64,000 nucleotides of DNA from Eledone cirrhosa (Eukaryota), in assembly GCA_964016885.1 (NCBI GenBank), contig OZ024743.1, positions 228,594,001 through 228,658,000 of the forward strand, given 5' to 3'. The position numbers and the translations under genes were made by a program. Numbering within the stretch: position 1 is the first letter of the stretch; the number at the start of each line of letters is the position of its first letter. Positions 1 to 13,981 of the stretch are shown here, in pieces. Under the pieces are notes generated by a model. The model made no database searches. It was not told the DNA's origin and saw only the letters and a list, made by a program, of their open reading frames with translations.

Positions 1-211
1 CTGGTTTAACAAAAGTTCTAATATAAAGTTAAGACAGACAATTTTCAGATACATAAACAGCATAGAATAAGGAGTAGTTTCAGGTAGCTTGGTATACAAA
101 ATTATTAAGCACTATAAATAGGTATGAAATAATTGAGATTTGGTTCCACAAGCACCAGCTTTAATTCCTGATGCCCGTAGATAACTTTCAAATAGTCATG
201 AGTCTTCTAAT

Positions 212-397
212 AATTGTTTCTACTTTTGGCACAAGGCCAGCAATTACCCAGTACATTACTGGTACTTTATTTTATCGACCCCATAAGGATGAAAGGCAAA
301 GTTAACCTCGGCGGGATTTGAACTCAGACCGTAAAGGGACGTAACTATGCTGGAAAGCATGGCGTCCGACTCTCTACTGATACTGCCAATCCACCGC
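212..397 (-). mobile_element. tRNA-derived SINE (family A, Nin/Deu-like central domain), full length with TSD
   Basis: Minus strand has B-box GAGTTCAAATCCC, core GCCTTTCATCCTT..GGGGTCGATAAAATAAAGTACC and tail GGCCTTGTGCCAAAAGTAGAAACAATTA. The 18-bp direct repeat CATGAGTCTTCTAATAAT lies at 197-214 and 397-414. Confidence 0.9.
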
Positions 398-1419
398 ATG
401 AGTCTTCTAATAATAACCCCAAAACTATACATTTCTGAGAAAGTAGAAGAGATGTGGAGGCATGGTGCACAGTGTAACTTGTCAATAGATTATAATATGA
501 AAACAAAAAAGTATTTCCTTCAGTCTGAGTCATCACAACCCTTTGTCTGGCATGATTTCTATGGCCAGATGCTCTTTCTATCACCAATCAGTTTACAGAA
601 TATACTGGGTGCATTTTATTGTGACAATAACACTAGAGATGTTAACTCAACTGAAGACTCCTCTCAATCCTTTGTATGGAAAGGGTTTTATGACAGGATG
701 CCTTTCTTCTTACCAAGCAATTCACATATCTTTAAAAGACCCTAGTGTTAGAGAAGCACAATTCTAACCTAAATTGAACTTGAAACATACAAACCAACAG
801 TCATAATAATAAATGAATTTAATAAAATAAAAGTGAATGAAAAATATTAAAGGATGAAGCAATATTAAAGCAAGATTAGATGAGGATGATAAAGTGGTAA
901 AAACAAAGAAACAAGGATGATGCAAAAGAGAAAATAAATGAAATGAAGATATATTTTGATTGCAAGCTGACAAAAATATTGAATATAACATCCAAGTTTC
1001 TGTGTTTTCATGAATAACTACTTATTAGATTTCTTTATATTTTGGCAGAATTATTTGAGCATCAGATTAGAGCTTTGTGGTATTTCTTTCAGCTCTTTAT
1101 GTTCTGTGTTCAAACCCTCACCATGGTCAACTTTGCCTTTCATCTTTCTTGAGTTAGTGAAATAACTACCAGCCAAGAACTGAAGATGATTTAATTGACA
1201 TTCCCCTCCCACTAAAATTGCTCACTTTCCTTCATAGTTTTTCTTTAACTTGTAACTCCTGGTGGATTCGTAGGGGCTTCATTGTGATATGCAGCATTTC
1301 TTGGGCTGTATTTAAACCTGGCAGAAGCTAACTTCTCTCCAGGTATGAATACAGCTAATTTATTCTGGAGAAGGATAAAGAGTGATAATGAAAAAAAGTA
1401 AGAAAGTGATATAGGGAAA

Positions 1420-1580
1420 CGATCGACTCAGTACTAGGCTGCTACTTTTTTTATTGACCTCGAAAGGATAAAAGGCAAAGTTGACTTTGTTGGGATTTAA
1501 ACACAGAATGCAGAGAGCCTGAACAAATACCACAAAGTATTCCAACTGATGTTCTAATAGCTCTGCCAATTCACCACCAC
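1420..1580 (-). mobile_element. SINE family A, diverged copy
   Basis: TTTATTGACCTCGAAAGGATAAAAGGCAAAGTTGACTTTG..GGATTTAAAC matches the 212-397 element. Confidence 0.7.
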
Positions 1581-1618
1581 ATTCTGCCTAAATTAGAAAC
1601 ATTTATATTGAAGAAATA

Positions 1619-1770
1619 GGCATAGCTGTGTGGTTAAGGAGTTTGCTCCTCCAGCAGGTTTGGGTTTAGTCCTACTGCACAGCACCTTTGACAAGTATCT
1701 TCTTCTCTAGCCTTGGGTTGGCAAATGTCTTGCAAATGCAATTTGGTAGCCAGAAACTGCAGAACCCTAT

Positions 1771-1818
<48 letters not shown>

Positions 1819-1992
1819 AGTGTGTGAGTGTGTGTGTGTGTGTGTGTGCGCGCGTGCACGCATGCATATTTATTTTTTGTGTTTACGTTTATGTCCTGTA
1901 ACTTGAGCAAAAAGGACTGGGTTTGAAATGATTGACTAAATGAAAGTTTTGCTCCAGTATGTCCACAGTCTCATGACTGAAAGCAGTAAAAA
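1619..1992 (+). mobile_element. tRNA/CORE-like SINE (family B) with internal (TA)n/(TG)n tract
   Basis: Head GCATAGCTGTGTGGTTAAG..AATTTGGTAGCCAGAAACTG, then a microsatellite, then tail ..CACAGTC..ATGACTGAAA. Related copies at ~4810-5120, 12505-12920, 31820-31985(-), 46135-46225(-) and 53005-53360(-). Confidence 0.7.
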
Positions 1993-2122
1993 CAGAAAAG
2001 AATTTATTTGCAGTGAAAAGCTTTCACAAACGGAAAGAATAATCATAAGAAATTATAACTATACAAAGGATATTTGTATAGAAAAACAACTTCAAATAAA
2101 ATAATGTTTTCTTAATAATAAC

Positions 2123-2166
<44 letters not shown>

Positions 2167-3504
2167 CAACAATAATAATAAAGAAAAGAAAGAAGAAACT
2201 TTCATTAACCCGAATGTGGGCACCCATTTTCCAGTAAATATGGAAAGAATTCTTAAAAATTAATCTCCCATTAATATTACACTGGCAACTTGGCAAATAT
2301 AAATTGATAATGGCTGTGAATAAGGGTCGTGGTATATGTTTGCATTGAAGAACAGGTTTTGCCTTTTTTTCTTGTATTTTCTAACACACACACACACAAT
2401 AAACATGCACACATACATATTATATACATATATATATATATATATATATGTATGGGTGTAGTTTTTAATTTCTGATGCAAATGACTCTCAGATGGAAAGA
2501 AAGATTAAATAGGAACATCTTTTTTTTTTAATTTTCTTTTTAATGTTTTTCCTTTTTTTCTTCTTCCTCCCCACCAAAGTGGAAACAACAAATGCGAAAG
2601 AAAATCACATGAAAAGCCGATAATTCTAGGTGAAAAGTCAAAGTGAGAGATTATTTGGCAGAGCGCTGAACAAAAGCTAAAAATCAGATGTTTATCACAT
2701 GGAATGTTTAAGGAGGAGGACCAGAAGAAAGAGGATAAAATAGAGAAAGGGGAGAGAACCATTTTTCACTCAGTGAATTATGATGAACACTCTTAGTTGA
2801 TTGGTCAATCTTCTTCCTTTTCTTTTTGTCCCTCCTCTTTCTTGCATTTTTCTTGCTTGTCTGGGCTGGCTGGCTGTTGGCACTGGTTGTTCAGTGACAC
2901 TAGTTAAATGACCATTAATTATTTTTGTCTTTGAAAACTTTTGCTCGTCTGACTCCTGACCCTTTTACTTTTTAACCTGGCTTCCTTTGGGGAATGTCTT
3001 TAACCAAATTGATCAGGGCTAGCACCAAAGTGCATTAATCAGAAAAACTTTCATTTCTCTATCTCTGCAGCTTACTCGACAACCCAGAAACAAGAAGAAA
3101 GACACTCAATCTTTCATACAGACAGCTGTGTTTCACCTAACCCTAGACCAGCTTTATTTATCTTCAAACATCATCTTTATAGTACCAATCCCACCCCTAT
3201 TGAGGAAAATCAAATGAGAATAGAACAAAAAATATATAAAATAAATTCAATTATTTATTTCCAGGATTTCCAAAACCGTTATCTTTATCAAGTTCCAATT
3301 TTATAGTTTTTAACCCTTCCACTCTTCAAATAGAATGCCAAGTCATAGCAGTTTGTCAGAGTTCTTAATCTTCATTCAGTTCTTTTCTTTCACAAAATTA
3401 ACTTTATCAATGACAATATCTAAAACAAGTACCTATGTAGTCCTCCTTGAATTGCCCAGAGAGAAACAGTAGAAATAACAAAAAAAATATATATATATAA
3501 AGTG

Positions 3505-3860
3505 CCCAGAACACGGCAACCTCCCAAGTACTGGTGCCATGATAAACTGCATCCAGTATACTCTGTAAAGCGGATGGTGTTAAAAAGGACATTCAAATAT
3601 AGAAACCATGTCAAATAAAGGGGTGAGAGGACTCTTTACTTGTGGCAAGGACATACCATCCTCTTTAGTGGCAGTGTCACAATAAAATGCACACAGTAAA
3701 CTCTGTAAAAACCATGCCGAAATCAAATCAAATGTTAATATGATGTGGCTCCCAGCCAATCTGGGAAGACACTAACTCCAATTAAGTACTGACATGGTTT
3801 ATGATGACCCAACCAAGGCAAACCAAGCCAGCATGAAAAATGATAAAGGGTGATGATGAA
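3505..3860 (+). mobile_element. Old RTE 3'UTR-derived repeat
   Basis: Repeated unit GTGCCA..AAA.TGCA.CCAGTA.ACTCTGTAAA and a (GAT)n end, as in the RTE 3' UTR at 32838-33110. Similar copies at ~540-720(-), 7730-7990 and 38730-38970. Confidence 0.55.
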
Positions 3861-4446
3861 AGTACAAATACAACAAACAACTTTACAATGAACAAGGCTT
3901 TGTTATTTACCAATATTACTGATCTAACTAATAATGTGTTTGTACTACTACTACTCAAGAGGAAACGTTACCAACAGCAATAGTGAAAAGCTAATGCTCT
4001 GTGCAAAGAAGAGCATCATTAACTTCACACACAAAGTTTAATGACACACTGAAAATTGTTTTATATACTTGAATTAACACTGAATAGTATTCTGTTTATT
4101 GTTCCGAATGCTAGTCTGAAAATATTAGTCTGAATATTATTATACTTTACATTTAAAATTACAATGTTTCATTAATGAGAGAGAGAGAGAAGCAGGGTGG
4201 AATATTTATCTTCCTGCATTCAAAATTAACACACCTCCATCACAACCGTCATCATCATTGTGTTTATGGCTGTTTTTTCATGCGTGCATGGGTTATACAA
4301 AATCCTTTCCAGTATATGCCTCTTTCATTTTCATACTGAATGTGTCTGTTTGGTAGATTCTTTTTCATATGATCGTGATAACGATGACGATTAAATCCAT
4401 TCAATATATACATTTCTATAATAAGACATGTGCATACTAAAATAAC

Positions 4447-4571
4447 TTAGTAGACATTATCTGTAGCTGGGTTTAATATTACAACCTGGGTATTAGTTGC
4501 TTTCGGTTGGCTGAGGCCACTCTGCCAGACTCCAGTTTGAGGATAACTTCCTCCATTCTGTCCAGACGCTC
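4447..4571 (-). CDS. Candidate terminal exon of an unidentified host gene
   Basis: Unique, more GC-rich island after acceptor TTTCTCACAG (AG at 4573-4572). Two plausible frames are open: ERLDRMEEVILKLESGRVASANRKQLIPRL* (stop 4481-4479) and GASGQNGGSYPQTGVWQSGLSQPKATNTQVVILNPATDNVY*. No homolog recognised. Confidence 0.3.
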
Positions 4572-5142
4572 CTGTGAGAAATGTGATCATGATTGTTTTG
4601 GAAAATTCTGTACAATGCAAATTAGAAATAAAAGAGTGAAAACTAGAATAAAGTAAGAACAATAAATTAAAACTAGAATTTACACTTACTTTATAGGTAA
4701 TGATATTTCATTGTTAGGACCTCTTTTTCAAAAGAAAAGAAATGGAGTGTGGCATTGGTGAATGTTGTTTTGTTTTGTTTTTCTTGATCATGATGAAAGC
4801 AAACTTTTTATTTTGTTAAATAGTTTGCAATACAGCCACAGGCTTTTGATTTCTGTCCCAATATGCAGCAACTATGGCAAATGTCTTCTACAATGAATGG
4901 CCTCATGTGGAATTTGGTAGATGGCAACATCAGAAGCCCATATTGTGTGTGTATATATGTGTGTGTGTGCGTATGTGTGTGAGTGACTTGGTGTAGATTT
5001 AATTTTGTGCATCTGTTTATGTCTTCTAATTTAGTGAGTCAACAAAACAGTACTTCATAAAATAAGTAACAAGCTTGAAAATAAATTAAGTACTAGGACC
5101 ATTATAAACAACTAAATCCTGTCTTCAATTTTTAAATTGCAA

Positions 5143-5450
5143 AGGCATATAGCTTAGTGGTTAAGGCATTCTGCTCAAAATTGTAAGGTAGTGCGTTAGA
5201 TTTTTGGGAGTACATTGTGTCTTTGAGCAAGACACTTTATTTCAACTTTCCAATTCAGTTGGAAAAATACAAGTTGTATCTGTAACTCAAACAGCTATCT
5301 TTGCTACACACTGCAGCTCTAAAAATTACATAAAGAATACATGTGTCTGTAGATTTCTCAGCCACATACACATTAACTTCATGAACAAACTGTTTGTTCC
5401 ATTATCAAAACAACTGAAACACTCATCGCTGGAATTGATGGAGATCCAAC
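5143..5450 (+). mobile_element. tRNA SINE family C (TGTGTCCTTGAGCAAGACACTT domain)
   Basis: GCTTAGTGGTTAAG head and TGTGTCTTTGAGCAAGACACTTTATTTCA core. Related copies at ~14870-15330, 22360-22490, 51763-52080 and 54880-55180, and on the minus strand at ~6690-6910. Confidence 0.65.
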
Positions 5451-5712
5451 ACACAATGTTTAAATTAATTCCAGCAAATAATGACATATGGTTTTGGAAA
5501 CATTTGCTTTTGTTTCATTCTGTTCTCTTTCCTTTCTTGTTGAATTGGTGTCAAAAGTTAATTCAGATGTCACAACTCTTACTGGTAAAAATATTAGTTT
5601 CGCTAGTTAGCACCAACAACTAACTGAAGCCATTAACTGAACCACTCAGGCAGGAAGATGCAGTTGACTTAAGTTAGTAAATACTTCATGTTTTTTTTAT
5701 GCAGCATATGTA

Positions 5713-5753
<41 letters not shown>

Positions 5754-6489
5754 GTTTCTATACATGCACATATATATAAATATATGAACTTACATATATC
5801 TTTATGAACCTATATATATACATTTATGAACACACACACATTCACAGACATATACATACATATAATTGTGTGTGTGTGCACATACATATTGCACACCTAA
5901 TGGAAGTATATTTACAATGAATCTATTAAAAAGATACAAAAAGAAAAGTGCAATAGAAAATTATGTTGATTGTTTTTTCAGATGATGTAGATTAAGAAGT
6001 ATACATAATAGCAATAGTAATAATGATAATAATAAATTAGTTTGTTTGAGAACAACAAATGTTGAGATGTAAACAAAGGATTTATAAAATAGTTAAGTAA
6101 CGAAGTGTGTGGTGATAGTGAAGTTGGCAGGGGAATAATATTAGCCTCAAAACAAATTGTTTGTTTATTTAAATATGTACATAGCAAAAGGTTTAATAAT
6201 ACAGAAGGGAAAACTATCCAGACATTCCAGATTGGCCACCTTACCCCAATACTGGTGGATTTAAATGTGAAAATTTCAAGAACCTTATTAGCACATTGCC
6301 AAATGATTATTCTTAGTGATATGGAAATAGAAATCTGTCAAATGTTCATATCAACACAGAATGTAAGTTACATAACATGTTTCTCTTCTGATTTTACTGT
6401 ATTCTACACAATAATATAGAAAAAATAGATTTGTTAGCATTTTTACCTATATTTATCAGGATCCAGAAAATTTGTCAATGACAACTCTT

Positions 6490-6655
6490 CAATAATTCAT
6501 CTATGATAATTTATCTATGACATTTCATCTACAGATACATTTCCTTTACAGACACAATTTATCTACAGATACAGTTCACAAACAACAATTCAACTACAGA
6601 CACAAATCATCTAAATATACAGTTTGTTTGTGTACAACAATTTATCTATAGATAT
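6490..6655. repeat. Degenerate ~18-20 bp minisatellite (ACAATTYATCTACAGAT)
   Basis: Repeated units such as ACAATTTATCTACAGATAC and ACAATTCAACTACAGACAC. Confidence 0.65.
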
Positions 6656-8368
6656 GGCTGATCAAATCAAGCGACAAGATACCAGACTTCATTTGCTTAA
6701 CGAGTTGGGTGTCAAATTGGACCAAGGAAACAATGTTTCTATTAGTCTTTCCATTACTGATACTATCTACCAGTAATAACTCCTGGCAGAAAGCACAATG
6801 TGAAATAAACTGTGTTGCTCAACATAACTCACTGCCTGGTTCGGGAATCAAAGTCACAACCTCCCAGTTGTTAATCCAATTTTCTAACCACTAAACCATA
6901 TGCCTCATTACAGATACAGTTCATCTAAATTAGGGTTACAGATTTATATGATGGTGCATGGGTTGTACTGTTCTCTCAGTCACTTAACATCCATGAAACC
7001 AGGATAAGCTTTGGGTTTTCTCAAAGCCATACAATCATTGAAAAACTCATACAAAACAAAACAATAATTCTATAGTGTTACAGAGGGTTGATAAGAATAG
7101 GTAGTTGATATGAAGCTTGTATGGATGTAGAAGTGGGTGTTCCTATGGGTGTTTATATGAGAGTATTTGAATGAGCATCACTTAATGATCAGGGTGTTGG
7201 AATTGTGATCGTAAGTCCAATACCCTAACCACTAGTTCTCTATAGCAATAACTAAATGAAATGAAATTTACAGCTCATTTTATGTAGGTTTAGTTGGTCT
7301 CCTATGAGGTTGCATTTTGTAGGAGGTTTCTAGCATGTTTTAATGATAGGGTCCCCCTTCCTATTATGAAAACAATGCAAAAGCAAGCATCTTGCTCAAG
7401 AGTTCAGTGCATGGCTTCATTCAGGAATCAAACCACTGGGCCACTGTATGGTGAATGATATTAATTTATTTATGAGAAAACCAGGAGAAAGAATCAATAG
7501 AGCAAGTCATCTGTTTGATAGCAGTCACAATGTTTCTGAAGAGGATAGAAGAAATCACACTGGATTGAACTGACTGGCAATATGCCATAATACAAAAGAT
7601 CCATTCACCAGTACAAGCCCTACAACATGAAATTTAACTGTGAGATGTGAGATTTCAGTGTTTGATGATGGGACAGAGAAAATATAGGGTTTAAGAAGAC
7701 TCTCTGATCTGTCTAAGCATGTATGTGACAACCTCTCTAGTGCCGGTACCATGATAAATGCACAGAGTACACCCTGTAAGGTGTTAGTGTCAGTGTTGCT
7801 AATAAAATGCACTCAGTTCACTCTGTACGAAAGGCAGGTATCAAGCTGCAGAAACTATGAAACCCAAATTTAAAATGTATTAACAAGGCATGGTATCTGT
7901 GTTTGGGTCACTCTGACCCATTTGGTCTCGGACTGTGATAACCCATCCAACCCTTGCTAGTGTGGAAAAGCGGACGTAAAATGATGATGAATGAGGCAAC
8001 ACTTACAAAACAGATGTTACAGATAATTTGTTGTTTACACTGAATTGTTTTATACATTTCAATAGAAGTAGTTAATACAAGCTTCAGCAACAATAAATAA
8101 AGAAAATCAGATTAAAGAGAATTGTTTTTAAATAATTAAAATCAGATTTATATGTTATACAGGCAAGTATGTGTGTGTATATAGATGTATGCGTGTATGT
8201 GTATGTATGTGTAGTAGCGGTGGGGGGGGGGCATAGTGTACGTGTATACATAGGTGTATGTGCATGTGTAAGTGCATGTCAGGTTACATATGTGTATGTG
8301 TGGGGGTGTGCATGCATTTGTATATATATGTGTGCGTGTGTTTGCATTTATATATGTTCATGTGTGTA

Positions 8369-8429
<61 letters not shown>

Positions 8430-8659
8430 GACTGTATGAGTTTCTGTGGTAGGGTGGTGTATTTTCATCAAATTCTAGTTATTAATTTCTTTTGAAACTA
8501 TATATGTTCATAAATTAAAATTATTCACTATAAAAGAGAAAAAAGGTCTTTTGAACTAAAATATAGCAAGAATAGATGATGATGGAGATGGTGAGGAATT
8601 TAGGTTTTGTTTAATATTTGTAGGAATATAAAAAGTAAAAGCAGACTGGGATCAATTTT

Positions 8660-8710
8660 TATATATTTACACATACACTTGCATAGATATATTTATACAC
8701 ACACACATAC

Positions 8711-8792
<82 letters not shown>

Positions 8793-8817
8793 CTATATAT
8801 ACATATGTATATATGTA

Positions 8818-8851
<34 letters not shown>

Positions 8852-8883
8852 CATACATATATACATATGTATATATAGATACA

Positions 8884-8919
<36 letters not shown>

Positions 8920-9042
8920 CATATATACATACATATACATGTACACATATATACATCTACATACCTATACACACACACATATATATATATATATGTTTGT
9001 ATATATATATATATTTATATATATATATATATATATGTTTAA

Positions 9043-9086
<44 letters not shown>

Positions 9087-9290
9087 CATCTACATACCTA
9101 TACACACATACACACACACATATATATATATATATATATGTTTGTATATATATATATTTATATAAATATATATGTTTAAATATATTATATATACATATAC
9201 ATATATATATATATATATATGTTTAAATATATTATATATACATATACATATATATATATATATATATATACATACATACATACATACATT

Positions 9291-9328
<38 letters not shown>

Positions 9329-9641
9329 TGTATATATATTATATAAGTATGCATCTGAATGCAAGTGTGTGTATATATGTGTGTGTATTTATATATATAT
9401 GTGTATACACATACATATATATATTTACATTTCTCTTTCTTCTAAGTCAATTCCCATCCCCAAACATTTAATAAAACAGCTAAAATATTTATATAAAATA
9501 CAAAAACAGATCTAAATGTCAAAAACCTTCAAAAATCATTTCCTAAAAGGACAGAAATCCAATCAGGAAAAAATCAATAATTCAATAAGTGAAAGGTTAC
9601 AAAAGAAAGAAAAGATTTAAATATATATATGTGTGTGTGTG

Positions 9642-9717
<76 letters not shown>

Positions 9718-9824
9718 ATATATATATATGTGTGTGTGTGTGTGTACATATATATATTTGTGTATATATGTATAGATATGTGTGTGTATATATATATATA
9801 TGTATGTGTATATATATATATATG

Positions 9825-9919
<95 letters not shown>

Positions 9920-9992
9920 ACATATATATATTTGTGTATATATGTATAGATATGTGTGTATATATATATATGTATGTGTATATATATATATA

Positions 9993-10023
<31 letters not shown>

Positions 10024-10073
10024 GTGGGAGTATATATATATATATATATATATACATATATATGTATGTGGGA

Positions 10074-10123
<50 letters not shown>

Positions 10124-10160
10124 GTCTGTGTGTGTGTCTGTGTATCTGTATCTGTGTGTG
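8660..10160. repeat. Compound (TA)n/(CA)n microsatellite field with higher-order duplications
   Basis: Long TA/TG runs. Block GTACATATATATATTTGTGTATATATGTATAGATATGTG recurs at ~9744 and ~9918, and blocks in 8940-9250 also recur. Confidence 0.95.
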
Positions 10161-10309
10161 TAAAACAAAAGAAAGAAAAGATTCTAAAAAATATTTATAT
10201 ATAACAAAAAAAAAAAAAAGAATGAAAGAAAAAAGAAATGAAGTGAAAAAAAATATGAGAAACAAATTTTTGAAAATTTTGTGTTTTGAGTATTATTGAC
10301 AGGAAATTA

Positions 10310-11280
10310 ACAGCTAACAATAATACAAGAGACAAGAACAACAACTACAACATTCATAAGATCAACATTATCACATCACCATCACCACCCCTCATCAATA
10401 CCTCTATTATCATAAACAACAGCAACATTATCGTCCTCACACCCCCTCAACGCCACCACCATCATCATTAACAGCAGCAACATTATCATCACCCCCTCAC
10501 CCTTCATCAATACCATCATCATCATAAACAGCAATATTATCATCACCCATCATCAACACCATCATCATTATCGTTAACAACCAACCACAACATTATCGTC
10601 ACCCCCCCTCTCATCACCACCACCACCATCATCATCGTTAACAACAACAACAACATTATCATCATCAGCACCCCTCCCTCATCAACACCACCACCATCAT
10701 CGTTAACAACAACAACATTATCATCAACACCCCCCCCACCATCATCATCATCAACAACAAACGTGTCATCACCCCCCCCCATCATCAACACCACCACCAT
10801 CATCGTTAACAACAACAACAACATTATCATCAACACCCCCCTCATCAACACCACCACCATCATCATCATCATTAACAACAAACGTGTCATCATCAACCCC
10901 AGCCCCCCCCCATCATCAACACCACCACCATCATCGTTAACAACAACAACATTATCACCCCTCACCTCAACAACACCGCCATTATTGTTAACAGCAGCGA
11001 CATTTTTATCATCAACCCCACTCGACACTGCCACCATCATCATTAACAACAACAACATTATCAACACCACCACTCACATTAGCGACATTATCATCATCAC
11101 CACCTCCTCAACAACACCATCATCACCAACAACAGCAACATCATTTTCACAATCACCCCCCCTGTTCACCACCACTAATCAACAACAAACTAGTGCGGTG
11201 GTGTTGGTGGTGGTGTTGGTGGTGGTGACAATGGTTGTGTTGGTAGTGATGATGATAATGACTGTGGCATTGTTGAGGTG
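10310..11280. repeat. Degenerate CAT/CAC/AAC triplet minisatellite
   Basis: Recurrent unit ATCAACACCACCACCATCATCGTTAACAACAACAACATTATC. Confidence 0.9.
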
Positions 11281-11439
11281 AAGGTGGTCGTGATTGATGG
11301 AAGAATAAGGGGAGTGTAAGAGAAAAGAGAAGAGCGGAGAATCAAAGAGAGCTTGAGTGGGGAGAATATTTAGGGGAAGTGTTTTATATTTAGAGAAAAG
11401 AGCTTAAAACGCTCTGTGTGTGTGTATATATATATATAC

Positions 11440-11489
<50 letters not shown>

Positions 11490-13947
11490 ATATATACTAA
11501 CTAAAGTAGGGATTGTTAAAGAAAATAATTGAACACTTGAAGATAAACATTTAATAGTCACTGATGCAGAAATACTGGGCGTCTGTTGGTGATACAGTTG
11601 CATAGAGTCACAACAACTAACAACAACATAACAACAATACTGCAGTAGCACAACAACAATAATAACACAAGCAACACTGTTTTATTGAGACATAATAATT
11701 TAACAATAACAACAACTTAACAGCAACATAACAACAACAATAACTTCACAACAGCAGCAGTATAACAACAACATCAGCAACATAACAACAACAATTTCAC
11801 AACAGCAGTAATATAACAACAACAATACATGCAAGGATGCAACACTGTTTTAAATAACACTGCATTGATTTTCCACAAAATGCATTTCTCAATGAATATG
11901 CACACAGCTGAACTAATTACAGCTTATTTCCGAGTCAAGAAATAAAAAGAATTCTAAGAGGTCTATGTACCATGAACCAAGTTCCAAACATCTGCTTCTG
12001 CTGCTGTACAAGTCTGTCAGCCATGTCACTATTTTGACCTCAACCAAGATATTTTAATATTTTTTTTAAATTACTTGAATTTTTGAAATTAAATACAACA
12101 AAAGAAATGATAAAAATATCTATAAAACATTTAAACATATTTTACTGTATGAAATTTTTAATTTTTAATGTTAAGGCATCATCATTATTGTGATCTCTGT
12201 TACAAAATTAAGATTCTTTGAATTCAAAGATTTAAATTGTAAGGAATTTAATAGGGTTCAAACAATAGTAAGCATTTCTTTTTTCCCTATTTTTCTTTTT
12301 TTCATTTCCAAAGATTTCAACAACTGCTAAAATAATGATTTTAATAATATCATAATTATCATCCACAACAAGAAAAATATAAATGAGAAAGGAAATTATT
12401 TTTAAGTAACATATGAATAAAAGAGGAAAGTGTAAAAGGGAAAGAATTAATAAAAGAAATGTGAAAGAACAATTTTACTGATTTCGTTTAAGGGGTTTGC
12501 TAGGCAAAAGCATGGCTATGTAGATGAGGATTTCCCTTCATAAACATGAGGTTTCAGGTTCAATTCCATTGCATGACAAATTTGACAAATGTCTCCAACT
12601 ATAGCCTCAGGCTCACAAATATCTGGTGAATAACATTTGCTAGATGAAACCTGTGAAGAAGCCTGTCATATATTCATATCATTATATCATCTTCATCACT
12701 TTTTAGTGTCTATTTTATGTTTGCATGGATTGTGTGTCTGTGTCTTGCTGTGTGTATTTATACTGTACTTACATTTACTTTTTGTTTATGTTCCATAGGT
12801 TGATAAACTAAGTATCAGACATTTAAAAACTAAGTACTCTAGCTGATATGATCAACTAAATCCCTTAAAAGCAATGCCCCAGAGTTGCCCAGAGTCTTAT
12901 GACTGAAACCAGTAAAATATAAATGTACTTTATAAAAAGGAAATTGCTGATGTGCAGCTTAGCTAGTACCATAGAAATAGGTGTGAACAGTAAAATATGT
13001 AGTTGTGTTTAGTTTTATTGTATTTAATATGAATAAAGATTATAAAACTGAGAAAATATCTCATACTATCCACTGTTTCGGTAAATGTTTCGACAGAATT
13101 TATTCACAATTGTGAAAGGAAACTTTTGTACACATCCCACTAAAGTCAGATATGAATCTAAGCGAACTTTATATTTGTTCCAGCTCACTAGACTCTGAGT
13201 TCAAATTCCACCAATGTCAATTTTACCTCTCATTCTTTTGGAGTTGAGTTGATAAGAAAAAGTGAGAGTCCATGACACAATGGATTTGAGGAACTCTTAA
13301 TCTGAGTGGGTCATCATTCTAGGAGGGGATCTGGGGTGGGGGATTCATTTAAATAAGAGGTCATTGATAGTGAAAAGGTTGGAAACCACTGAAGTAGAGC
13401 AAAAGGAAGAGCAATCCGCAATCTGAATATTAGAATTATGTAGAGGCACCCCCACCTTGTACCATTAATGAATACTAAACGAAGCAGAGAGACACAGCAA
13501 TTTTAAACACTCATGACATACATGGCACTTATACGTTATATTCATACAAACTAGCTGATCTACATATATTCATTTATGTATCTACATAATGCCATGCATA
13601 TATTAACACATATTCACACGCACACACAGCTATATATATGCACACATTTATATACATATATATAAAATATACCAATAAAATACAAATGTAATTTCTGTTG
13701 TATAATAATCCATAGCTAAAAGGATAGGCATGATGATAATATAACTTAAGCAACCATATTGCAATATTTCCTTTCTTTTTCTCTCCCTGAGAAATAAAGT
13801 TAATCCCTAGAGATACTGGGGAGTTTGTAACAAACTAGCAGCTAGGGTCTACCACAAATTACTGGCTGTGGTTCTGAAAATACATTCCTTATTGCCATGC
13901 TACACTCTCCCCTCCGTATCCATGCCCTCCCGACTTCATGCAGTTTA

Positions 13948-13981
<34 letters not shown>

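Noticed and set aside
212-397. tRNA genes suggested by A/B-box motifs
   Set aside because: The motifs are heads of multi-copy SINEs, with no cloverleaf or T-run terminator.
8169-10299. Many [12 protein letters not shown] ORFs (also 19.5k, 21k, 42k, 48k, 52k, 62-63k)
   Set aside because: Translations of dinucleotide microsatellites.
10543-11281. Low-complexity ORFs (also 14024-14445)
   Set aside because: Triplet-repeat artefacts.
13290-13391. hAT-like terminus AAAAGGTTGGAAACCACTG
   Set aside because: No clear matching left TIR or 8-bp TSD.
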